Assembly: GCF_000981445.1 (NCBI RefSeq)
Contig: NC_027216.1
Coordinates: forward strand, 1,674,001 to 1,738,000
DNA length: 64,000 nucleotides
From: Babesia bigemina
Lineage: Eukaryota
Direction: 5' to 3'
Each line of letters begins with the position of its first letter. The first letter of the stretch is position 1. Made by a program: the position numbers and the translations under genes. This document shows positions 34,979 through 44,691 of this stretch, piece by piece. The notes beneath the pieces were generated by a model, which was not told where the DNA came from, did no database searches, and saw only the letters and a list, made by a program, of their open reading frames with translations.

Positions 34979-35874
34979 TTATTTGCGATTATTTTGATAT
35001 CTCACCGATGTGATTCGGGAAATGAACGCGGTTACTTCCAGGTCCGCCCTCCCTGGTGACCCATTTTACCACATTCATAAATCCGTGTATGTGGAACGTT
35101 GTTAGCGTGCTGTGATTTGGTGTTATGTGTCATCTGATTAGCGAGCTGCTACACCTGGGAGGGGGCTAACGCCCTGAAGCAATGAAAAAGGCATGTGCGC
35201 CGGCAAAAACAGGCCAAAGTGGTCATAATAACGTCACACATATCATGTGTTACGTTCGCTTATAAAAGAATGTGTAGACCGCGAATTTCGTAACGAGGTC
35301 GTTGGTGGCTCGTGATGCCGCTTCACATACATGGTTTGTGCTTATTGCGTCAAGTGACTATTGATACCAATGACACATTATCATGCGCTTGTCGGGGGCT
35401 TTGCAGGTAAGATTCCTCTGCTAATGTGACAGCCCGCTTCACGACATACCGGCGCACGACGCGCCCCTGATTGAGCGGTACACATTGCGTCATTTTATAA
35501 GTATATGCACAATGAAGCGTCCATATGGGCATTCGTGCCACGTGTTGCCATTTTAGTGTCCTGTGACGCCAACGCATGGCGTGACACACCCTGGGTTACG
35601 GTATTGCAGAGTTGGTCAGGTGCTGCGCTCGGCACGGATGGCTAGCTGTTTTTTCCGTTCCACGGCATCGGTGGCTGTTGCCTCCAAACAGTAGGCTGCA
35701 AATGTGGGATACAAAATTTCGGCGGATATCATCCACAAGTTTTTTTGTAGACAAAGTTTATTGCGCTGTTCTTCTATAACATTTTCCATGTGCCGTCTCG
35801 GTGTGTTAAATGGTGACTACCTACGGCTTTCGTGTTGTTATAGATGGTGAGGGCCTTGGTGGCCATCAATTAAG

Positions 35875-38800
35875 ATGCGACTCTCCGCGAGCGGAAGCGG
35901 GGATTTCGCCTTTTTGGCCTCCGCCTACAGCGACAAGTCGTCTTCCTCGAAGGTGGTTGCATCTCGCTTGAGGAGTGTTTTGACGCCGTGCAAGGATGCG
36001 ACGGCGCTGGAGGGCCTTTTGGATTACTTCGGCCCCTATGTTATCGATAACACGCTGAGAGGCCTGCTGTCTAGGATCAACAACTCTCAAAAATCGCACC
36101 GGGATTCGATTCTGAATGTTACGTGGTTGGCCGATTCGGGTGTTGCGCCTGAACACGCGTCTCAAGGTTCGTTGACTTCAGTTGATGATCTCGGAATTTC
36201 TGACGCCAGCCCGCCGGGCGAAGATGAAACCTTTGCATCACAGTCGGTTTTGTCGGATGACTCTGACGAGCCCATTGTGCCTGCATTGGACCGTAGTGTG
36301 GATAGGGTTGTCCTGGTGGAGCCGGGCGTTGTCCCTCGTCGCGCACTGAGTCGTTTTCAAAGCGAGTTCCTGCTCGAGCAGCTGAATCCGGTGCTGCTTC
36401 GGAGTTACAGGGGCGCAAACAGAGTGGCTCGTGGCAATGACTCACGTGGCGATTACACTACCAATTTCTTCTCCAAATATGGGTCGTTTGAGGGCGCCGT
36501 TGTTGTACATAGCAGCACGCGTGACAGTCGGTCGTCCAATAGCTTGGGATCGGCGCGGTCGGTTGCGTCAGGCATCGAGTTCCTGGGGCAGCTATGCACG
36601 CCCGAACTTTTCTCCCAGGTTTGCAGCGTGAAGGAGGGTGGCGCGTTGGTCGGCCGCTGCGAGGAGGACACGTTCTCCAACGATTCAATCATCGCGATGG
36701 CATCGTTGAACGATGACCTGAGCGACGAAGACCGAGCGCTATTCGCTCCCCTATGTAGAATGATACGTTACATGCTCTTTTTTGTGGTGGATTCGGCGAA
36801 TCATGAGTTGCAGTGGCTACGCTCCTTCGATGCTGTTGTAACTGACGTTGTGACCGCACTAGACAGGGTGGTGTCCGACAGCGCAGGCATGTCGAAGACA
36901 ATAAAGAATAAGTTACGGGAATACAATGCAGAGTATACTTCGACGGTGGCTGCGTACGATAAGGCGTTGGCTAAATTCCAAAAATTGGAAAAGGCGCTGG
37001 AAAGTAGTTGCGTTAGCCGCTCCTTCACAGGGGTCCCTGACCCTGCGTCATCCTTCTACTGCACTTTCGAAGCGTGCCACAGCCACGAGCCGACGTTTTT
37101 AGAGACCCGGAAAGCGCACTGGGGCACTGTGCGCGACCTGCTGAGCTCCCGTAAGGACTTCGTGCGCTACACCAATTACATCGAACAGATGTGCTTGACC
37201 CACAGCTTGCGCGATAACCTGATAAACGGCCGCGAGACATACATGCATGGTCTCACTAGCGTGTTGTCAATGTTCGCAAACCACTACCCGTGGGACGTTT
37301 TCGCGGTAGAGGCGCTGTGCGCGGAAAAAATCACCGGCGTCTCGTCGCGTCTGTTGGCCGGGGCGTTTACGAAATCGCGCTCTCTGGGCCTTTGCGAGGA
37401 CACTTTGATCAAGGTGCCTTGTGATGGCACGGTAGAGTTGAGGTTCAGTCTGAACGTCGAGTCAGCCAGCATGAAGGACACCCTTCACTCGGTGGTGGTG
37501 GATTCTTTCGACAGCATGCGCACCTTGTCGAAGAAGTTATCGCAGCTTCACAGATCGCAGATGGAGCGTTTTTCTCGGTTCACTTCGCGCTATCCGCTGA
37601 AGTTGTGTGGTACCGATTTGGTAGCCATGTTCAAGTCGTACAACAAGTACCACAAACATTTGAGCACCCAATGGTTGTCGTTCTCTTCGACCGTAGGCGC
37701 GGTATTCCCCAAGCATGTGTCTAACTTAAGGAGAGCCAAGGAGCACTCACAGCCCGTTCTTGGCGAGTTCCTCGAGTTGAAAATGCCTTTGCGTCTGTTT
37801 GGCGCCATTCTGCACCACTTTCGTCTCATTTGCGATACAGCCATTGCGCATTCGTTGAAGGTTTGCTCTGAAGCTATGGTGGTTTGCGGATCATCACTGG
37901 AATGGCCTAGCGTCGTAACAGCGTTGGCTGCAAGCGGCAACATGGATGCACAGCAGCTACAGGAGGCTATAGAAGAGCTGCAGTCGGACGACTGCTGCAC
38001 CACCGACGATCTCGATCAAACTACTTGTGGTGCTGAAGATGCTAAAACGGCCGTTAATCCGCCTATTAGCGGCAAAGAACGCGACGAGCCCGTGGTTGAA
38101 TTGCAGGGTGAAATCGCGCCTTGCGAGAGCAGCATTGCCGCCAGCAAGCTGCTGTCGGTCAACGAGATGCTTGCTGAGGCTTTAGTCGACTACGAGGAGC
38201 CTAACTACGACTTTCGATTCAAATGCGGCGATGCGATACACGTGCTCATTGCCGGCAACACTCCGTTGTGGTTCGGGCATGCGTCTGCCGGGGTCAACCG
38301 GTGGTTCCCGGCTAAGTTCGTGCAGGTGCTGTGGGAGCGCGACGTGCCGTTGTTTCGGCGTGCCGATCTGGAGTGTGAGACCCACTTGGATGTCTATCGC
38401 GTCTACAAGGGAGAAGACAACCAAGCCGTTCGTCGTCAGGACACAGGCATAACTCTGACGTCGAAATCCACTCTTAAACAGGCGATGTTGCTGTCCAAGT
38501 TGGGTCTGGATGGCAAGGTTTTGCACGAGTTCAAGTGCGCGTTGTGTCGCAAGATCGTGCTGAGTGGCACTCTCTACCTGACCAAGACGCATTTGGGCTT
38601 CGTTTCGAACTTCAACGACGCGACGCTCTTCGGCATGCAAACCACGCTTACAGTTCCTCTGTGCGAAATCTTGGAGTGCGATTTGAATTCGCCTAGATCG
38701 ATCTCCTTTTACGTTCGCATCCTGCTACGTAATGGCGATAGTCACATGTTCCACTCCGTGATCAACGCGCGCCGCATTCGTGACGTAATTCTGGAGACGA

Positions 38801-39582
38801 TCCAGGAGAAGGACGTTGACGAACCGACTGCCCAATTTGCAGAGGATGCTGAGTGCTACTCGGAATCATTGAAGAGCATGTTTGGGGGCCTTGCGCCCCT
38901 ATCCAAAAGCGCCCCTTCTACGCAGCTGGAAATGAGTCTGCAGGACTTCTTTGTCAAGACGATGCGGGACAATGTGACTCCGGGCAGCATAATCGCGGAC
39001 ACGCGTCTGTCACACAACGCGTTCGATTTCAGCGGTACGTTGGAACCGGTCGACTTTGACTGGCATGCTGGCGGCGTGCAGTTCCGTGAGCGGCGCGTTT
39101 GCTACAGCTTCAGGCTGAAAGAGACCAAATACACCGCCCTGCTGGTGCGCAATTCGTGCGGAAAGGCCCGGGAAGAGCTGAAGTACGCGCTAGTGAACAA
39201 GACTAAGCTCTTGTACGAGAGTGCCACCTACACTTCCGACATCCCGTACTCGAAGTACTTCTACACGCTCCTCCGCATCACGGCAACTGCTGTTTCGCCC
39301 ACTTCCATCATCGTAAAGGCGGAGTACGACGTGAAATTCGTAAAAAGTACGATGTTCTCCTCGGTTATAAGCGCAGAGGCCTACGACCGCCTGGCCAACT
39401 CGGCAAAGCTGGTGCTGACGGCGGGGGACCAGTCACCAGTCAAGCTCGTATCCGCCTGTGACGAGGAGACCGCTGTCTCGCCGCGCAAGAGCGAATTCAT
39501 CAACAACGGCATTCGTTCGCTGATGTGCATTTGCGTGCTCTTTCTGGGCATCTACACAAGTCTGCTCTCCGGCTGGAGGTGA
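35875..39582 (+). CDS. LAM/Aster-type lipid-transfer protein: helical N-terminus, SH3, GRAM, VASt, C-terminal TM
   Basis: SH3 ALVDY...FKCGDAIHVL...WFG...WFPAKFV (c. 38176-38325); GRAM EFKCAL...GTLYLTKTHLGFVSNF; VASt DIPYSKYF...VKFVKSTMF; terminal hydrophobic LMCICVLFLGIYTSLL. Confidence 0.8.
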   Translation: MRLSASGSGDFAFLASAYSDKSSSSKVVASRLRSVLTPCKDATALEGLLDYFGPYVIDNTLRGLLSRINNSQKSHRDSILNVTWLADSGVAPEHASQGSLTSVDDLGISDASPPGEDETFASQSVLSDDSDEPIVPALDRSVDRVVLVEPGVVPRRALSRFQSEFLLEQLNPVLLRSYRGANRVARGNDSRGDYTTNFFSKYGSFEGAVVVHSSTRDSRSSNSLGSARSVASGIEFLGQLCTPELFSQVCSVKEGGALVGRCEEDTFSNDSIIAMASLNDDLSDEDRALFAPLCRMIRYMLFFVVDSANHELQWLRSFDAVVTDVVTALDRVVSDSAGMSKTIKNKLREYNAEYTSTVAAYDKALAKFQKLEKALESSCVSRSFTGVPDPASSFYCTFEACHSHEPTFLETRKAHWGTVRDLLSSRKDFVRYTNYIEQMCLTHSLRDNLINGRETYMHGLTSVLSMFANHYPWDVFAVEALCAEKITGVSSRLLAGAFTKSRSLGLCEDTLIKVPCDGTVELRFSLNVESASMKDTLHSVVVDSFDSMRTLSKKLSQLHRSQMERFSRFTSRYPLKLCGTDLVAMFKSYNKYHKHLSTQWLSFSSTVGAVFPKHVSNLRRAKEHSQPVLGEFLELKMPLRLFGAILHHFRLICDTAIAHSLKVCSEAMVVCGSSLEWPSVVTALAASGNMDAQQLQEAIEELQSDDCCTTDDLDQTTCGAEDAKTAVNPPISGKERDEPVVELQGEIAPCESSIAASKLLSVNEMLAEALVDYEEPNYDFRFKCGDAIHVLIAGNTPLWFGHASAGVNRWFPAKFVQVLWERDVPLFRRADLECETHLDVYRVYKGEDNQAVRRQDTGITLTSKSTLKQAMLLSKLGLDGKVLHEFKCALCRKIVLSGTLYLTKTHLGFVSNFNDATLFGMQTTLTVPLCEILECDLNSPRSISFYVRILLRNGDSHMFHSVINARRIRDVILETIQEKDVDEPTAQFAEDAECYSESLKSMFGGLAPLSKSAPSTQLEMSLQDFFVKTMRDNVTPGSIIADTRLSHNAFDFSGTLEPVDFDWHAGGVQFRERRVCYSFRLKETKYTALLVRNSCGKAREELKYALVNKTKLLYESATYTSDIPYSKYFYTLLRITATAVSPTSIIVKAEYDVKFVKSTMFSSVISAEAYDRLANSAKLVLTAGDQSPVKLVSACDEETAVSPRKSEFINNGIRSLMCICVLFLGIYTSLLSGWR

Positions 39583-39690
39583 GCCCTGCAGTGGTACCGT
39601 GCAACATTTTAAAAATTAATGACGCGTTAGCATTAAAACGTAGTGTTGCTTAATGCCGCATTAGCTGCGATTGTGGCCTGGTAGGGCTAC

Positions 39691-41168
39691 TTATACGAAT
39701 TTTTCCATTTTTTTGTACAGCTCCCTGTCCTGCGTCTTCAGTAGGTGGAAGAATATCCCCCCTGTGGTGCGCTTTTCGTTGGAGTCTGTCTTGGTCATGC
39801 CTGCACAGATGTGTTGAAACTGAATGACCACCTACCTCCGGCGTTTTGTATCTCCCTCGCCTGGTTGGCGATTGCCATGACGCCGCTCAACGGGTGGAGC
39901 CGCAGGAGGTTGTGTAGTTTCGCTGCGACGATAAAGGTCTTTTCGTCCAGCATCTTCATGATCGCATGGACCACTCGGTCCATGTGCATATCCGACTTGA
40001 TGCTGAATTTGCTCGTGACGTACGGCGTGGAGTGGACAAGGAGGTTGAGCCCGTGAGGCGCCTTTTTATAGGGCACGTGGGTCCTCTGCGAAGGGTAGCT
40101 GATTCGGGCAGCGGCCTCACTTACCTCCATGTTCTCCACCTTCAAATACTTGAAACACTCCACCCTTTTGACGAAGTGCGCGTGTATGCACTGTGCAGGC
40201 ATGTGCAGCTGCATCGTGCGACCTACCCTGGTTTTTCGTCGGTAGTGGTACGCGGAGATGATCACCAGCGGGAAGCCGCCCATGTCTGCGAGCTTCACCA
40301 GCTCGTACACGCACTGCGACCGCGGCAGGTAGAAGGTGGCAATATCAGTGAACTTCGCCACGCTTTTCATTACGCGCTCGACATCGAAATTCGGCTGCAG
40401 CGTGTACACCTTGTCGTTGCTGGAGCCGGCGTAATTTTTCCCGCCCCAGGGCGGCGATGTGTGGACACAGTCGAAGTGTTGCGATTCGGTGAAATGTTGC
40501 TGTATCCCCAACTCGTGCGCCTTTTTCATCGGGTCCTCCGCGAACTGTTCGATGAAGTCGAAAAGGTCGCCCTGCACGACACAGGCATGGTCGACGCCGT
40601 ATGCTCGCAGGTTGTTCTTGCATATTTCAACCCGCTGAGGGTTCATTTCCACCCCTACAACGAGGTCGCTGTCCTCGCCGAAGTGGACACTGTTGCCCCC
40701 AATGCCCGCCGCAAGGTCCAGGATTCTCACGCGCGACGACTGCACATGGTCGCCGTTTGCGTTGACGATGTCGTTGTCCGGGGAGTCCTCCGGTGGCTTC
40801 TCAGTGTTCAGCAGCTCCTTGATCTCTCTTGATACCTCGATGGACTCCGCAGCCCAGGAGGCATCCACGTACGCATCCTCGTCGTACTGCAGGTCGTTCG
40901 ACTGTCGCCAGAATATGGCGCTCCGGCATATATCTTCCCACGCATCGTCATCTTCCGCAGCGCCCTTCTGCTGGTTGGCTGGGTTGACATAACTGAGGTG
41001 CTTCTCAATGACGTGCAGGAAGGCAGAAGACACCCTGCCGTCCGCATCGGCTCCCGACGCCAAGTAGAGCACGCCCGGGGTCAGTGCGTCCGCTCGAATG
41101 CTGAAGATGCCGCGAGGCGGCGGGACTTGATCGTGGCGCTCCTTCGGGGAGGCCGATCCCTCCGTCAT
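39691..41168 (-). CDS. TGS1: Trimethylguanosine synthase (TGS1) with a C-terminal PHAX RNA-binding-like domain
   Basis: SAM-binding ILDLAAGIGGNSVHF, SPPWGG and FYLPR. Introns 40226-40191 and 39835-39801. The last exon gives EIQNAGGMTKTDSNEKRTTGGIFFHLLK...FV*. Confidence 0.85.
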
Positions 41169-41345
41169 TGCCAGTATCCTGCGAGCAGCGCCTTCTTTAA
41201 TTAGTAGCAGGTAAAGATAAGGCGCGCAAACGCGTAAAACGGCAATTCAACAGCATTTTGCGGGCTAAATGGGCCAACCTAGACCCCACCGGTGTATAGG
41301 TGGAATCCCGAGCCAGGCAGCCTTAAATGACAAATTCTAAAACTA

Positions 41346-42782
41346 TTACTTGGGAAATTTCAGCTTGTGCTGGTAACTCCCGTTAGAGGAGTTGTATTGC
41401 ACAGCTTTGTGCGCCTTGTGGGCGGTGTTGGTCACCTCGATGTCGCGCACGAACAGGCCGCTGAAGGAGAAGTTCGGCAGCACGAATTCCACCTCGATCG
41501 GCCCGATGGCAGGGTCCTGTTCGCTCACAGACCTGGCCAGCTTGCACTGGAACTCCAGTGTGTACTTCATGCCGCCGCCGGTTTTGACGAGGTGCCAGTG
41601 CATCGAGCTCCCCGCGAGGTTGAACTGGCAGTGGCCGAAGTGGTTGATGATCTCTACATTCGAGGTAGTGGCGGGCAGCGGTATCTTGAGAAAGACGTTG
41701 TTTGCAGTGACAGTCTTGGGGAACTTGGTACGTATGGTGATGTGGTAATACAGCAGATACCTGGTGGCCCTGGTGATCACCGGCTTCAAGTGGAACGGCA
41801 GTTCCCCGCTAACGTCACACCTGTACAGCATGAGCGCCGTCATCCCCTGCGGCGGCACCGCCGTTATCTGCTTGCTTCTCAGCATCCGGAGTATGTCTAC
41901 CGTTTTGTGCACCTTGAAGTCTTGCATGGTGGTCGCCACCTTGGCTCCGGAGGGGAGGGGGAAATGGGACTCGTTCTTGTTTTCCACACTCGCGTACGTG
42001 ATTCGCTCGTGCGAGTTCGCGAAATCCGTGTTCAGCGTGATAGCAACCTTTGGCGTCCCCGGCATTGAGCAGTCCATGGTGATGCTCCCGGTGACCTCGC
42101 TCAGCAACAACTCGCCGACGTGCGAGTAGCAGCAGTTGATGCACTCCGATATGAACAGCGTTATTTCGTTTTTGCGCGTCGTGGACGACGCAACCCGCCA
42201 GGGCACGGTGATGTTCTGCATTTGCATCTCCGGGTCGGACGTTGCCACGAGGTCCTTCTCCGAGTGGAAGACCATCTTCTGCGCCTTCATGTACTTGCCG
42301 TAGTCCACACCGTAGCCCTCCAGGTAGTGGCTGATTTTCGGCTGGTTCTTCTTGAACAGGTTGGTCGTCATGTCCTTGACCGTCCACGACCCGAGGTAGT
42401 GCATGTAGAAGTCCTGCGGGAAGCCTCCGTCGATCGCGAGGTCCACCATCTCCTGGAGGGTGGTCGCGTACCTGGTGATCTCCGCCGCGGTGACCTTCGC
42501 TTCCAACAGCGTGACGATGGAGTCGCGTATGTCGACGAGGCACTGCATGACGAGGGCGGCGTTGACGTCGCCATCGCACGACGCCACCAGGTGCAGCGCA
42601 TCGAGCTTGACTCTGACATACGTGGCGAATCCAAACTGCTGAATTGGCCGGTAAGGCTTCAAGCTCCTCTGGATCATGTTCTTGGCGTACATGACAGCGT
42701 CCTGCCGGCTGCTTCCGCCCCGGAAGGCTCTGTAGAACAGCAGGCTTCCATGACAGTTACTGATGAAGACAGCCGATATCAT
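41346..42782 (-). CDS. Adaptor complex medium (mu) subunit, probably AP-2 mu, divergent
   Basis: Longin start MISAVFISNCHGSLLFYRAFR, DGGFPQ, VPWR, KNEI, PPQG..LMLYR, SFSGLFVR and a terminal GSY. Assignment to AP-2 rests on the N-terminus and overall pattern. Confidence 0.8.
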   Translation of the reverse strand: MISAVFISNCHGSLLFYRAFRGGSSRQDAVMYAKNMIQRSLKPYRPIQQFGFATYVRVKLDALHLVASCDGDVNAALVMQCLVDIRDSIVTLLEAKVTAAEITRYATTLQEMVDLAIDGGFPQDFYMHYLGSWTVKDMTTNLFKKNQPKISHYLEGYGVDYGKYMKAQKMVFHSEKDLVATSDPEMQMQNITVPWRVASSTTRKNEITLFISECINCCYSHVGELLLSEVTGSITMDCSMPGTPKVAITLNTDFANSHERITYASVENKNESHFPLPSGAKVATTMQDFKVHKTVDILRMLRSKQITAVPPQGMTALMLYRCDVSGELPFHLKPVITRATRYLLYYHITIRTKFPKTVTANNVFLKIPLPATTSNVEIINHFGHCQFNLAGSSMHWHLVKTGGGMKYTLEFQCKLARSVSEQDPAIGPIEVEFVLPNFSFSGLFVRDIEVTNTAHKAHKAVQYNSSNGSYQHKLKFPK

Positions 42783-43137
42783 ACTTCGTCAGTCAGTACC
42801 GAGGCGATTCCCGGCGCTGCGTGGCTGCAAAACGGCTTCACCGGTGCGCAGGTTTGGCACCGGCCCGTTGCGCTGTAGCGGTGGAAGGTTGACGCCCAGT
42901 TACATTTGACGGACGCTAAAAATTGCTGCCGCGCTTTAACATTTACACCCCGCGGTTCTACGCTTATTTCGGAACGATGAGTCAGGAGCGGCGCTTCGGC
43001 AACACGTTATGCGGCATACGACACTGTGTGCAGGCGCAGCGGCTGCAGAGACACCGCATGAGGAGCCCACAGTCCTATAACTCACGTAAAACACGTGCGT
43101 ATCGCTTTATCACTTGTAACGTATCAAGCATCTAACA

Positions 43138-44181
43138 ATGTCGAGAGTACTCACCATCGGACACCGCGGCATGGGCTGCAGCATCCCCGGTACGCTGGCG
43201 CTGTACCCCGAAAATGCGCTGAGCTCCTTCCGCGAGGCCTTGCGCCTCGGCGTCCAGGGCGTCGAGCTGGACGTATTTTTGTCGTGCAATAATGAGCTTC
43301 TGGTCATCCACGGCCACCATGCGAAGGCCAGCCTGTGTCTCACGGCGCTCAGACGTGACGCCTCCTCGGGCGCGCAGCGCTTTGGCCTCGAGGAGACCGT
43401 GGAAAAATGCGACATTCGCGCGTCTGACCTGTTGCTGAGGAAGCCGTGGCGCGTGCTGAACCAGGATGAGAGCGTCGAGAGCGTGCTGGAGAAGCACCGC
43501 AGCGACGTCGACGCGTCCTTCCAGTCGTACATGGAGAAGATGGATGTGTGGGAGGGCGAATACGTGCCGACGCTGGAACAGGTCTTCCAGGAGTTCGGCG
43601 ACAAGCTGATATACAACATCGAGCTCAAGGGCACCAGGCCCGAGATCGGTGAGCATGTGCTCAACCTGGTGGAGCGGTACCCGCAGATAAAGGTGATCAT
43701 TTCCTCCCTGAACTGGTTGCCCCCGGAGCTCAGTCCCGACTCGCCGTACGGGGAATACGACATCGAAAGGCTGCCAAATGGCAAAGTACCGGCCGACCTC
43801 TTGCGACCCCTGATCAACAACAGGCTCGGCTTGCCCATCGGGCTGCTCTTCAACAACGAGCGCTCCGACCTGCCCAGCATTGGCCGCATTTTGGAGTGCG
43901 CCAAGACCTTCGGCGCCCAGTGGATCATTGTTGCGCACGACATCTGGAAGTCTGCGCTGCCCATCGTAGGCTGCGCGAAGACGGGTATCGAGACGCTCCA
44001 CCACCTCGTCAGCGAAATGCGTAGCAACGGGCTCAAGTTGATGACCTACTTCCTGGAATCCCAGCCGGACGCCCCGGAGGACCTCAGGCTGCATGTCGAG
44101 GCCGGCGTGGATGCCATCTGCCCGAACGACATAGAAGTCGCCCTCGATATCATTAAAAAAAGCTGCACCTCCAAAAACTAA
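43138..44181 (+). CDS. Glycerophosphodiester phosphodiesterase (GDPD)
   Basis: IGHRG, PENALSSF, GVELDVF, VIH, VPTLEQV, NIELK, ISS and GVDAICPN. Confidence 0.9.
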   Translation: MSRVLTIGHRGMGCSIPGTLALYPENALSSFREALRLGVQGVELDVFLSCNNELLVIHGHHAKASLCLTALRRDASSGAQRFGLEETVEKCDIRASDLLLRKPWRVLNQDESVESVLEKHRSDVDASFQSYMEKMDVWEGEYVPTLEQVFQEFGDKLIYNIELKGTRPEIGEHVLNLVERYPQIKVIISSLNWLPPELSPDSPYGEYDIERLPNGKVPADLLRPLINNRLGLPIGLLFNNERSDLPSIGRILECAKTFGAQWIIVAHDIWKSALPIVGCAKTGIETLHHLVSEMRSNGLKLMTYFLESQPDAPEDLRLHVEAGVDAICPNDIEVALDIIKKSCTSKN

Positions 44182-44691
44182 TGGCACACCAAACGTGTTC
44201 CTTCCTCGTAACTTCCTGATACCGACCATATTCCAGTCCTAACTCTGATGTCACTAATCTGTAGCTTACGCCTATTGTTTACGTTTCGTGCGCCGAAGGG
44301 TCACTTATGTACGGACCCGTCTGACACTGATTGCACCCGAGTGGCACTAAAAACAGCCTGCCGTCCAACCTGTCACTCCAATAATGGCGACGGCAACCAC
44401 GTCACTCAGACGCTTAGGCACATTAAATGATACAAAGTTAACAAAATTAGAATTAATGTAACGTGCTCGTGATGGCTACATTACGGTTACTGCGTTTAAC
44501 AACAATATGCGATTCGCCTGCAGGGATACGGCTCCAGATCCGTGAGTGCGGCTGGAACCTGGGAGGGCGTCTAAAAGTCTTCGCGGAGATGTGCCAGGCG
44601 ATTTCACAGGGCAACCACTCACACTCACTAATGGTGACGTGGCGCCAACACACGATCGCGCGAGCTATTATGCGCACCGCTGCCGCGTTCA

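Noticed and set aside
43110..44229. Antisense ORFs of 365 and 308 aa spanning all of GDPD
   Set aside because: The 365-aa frame is codon-aligned antisense to a strongly GC3-biased gene; neither ORF has protein-like motifs.
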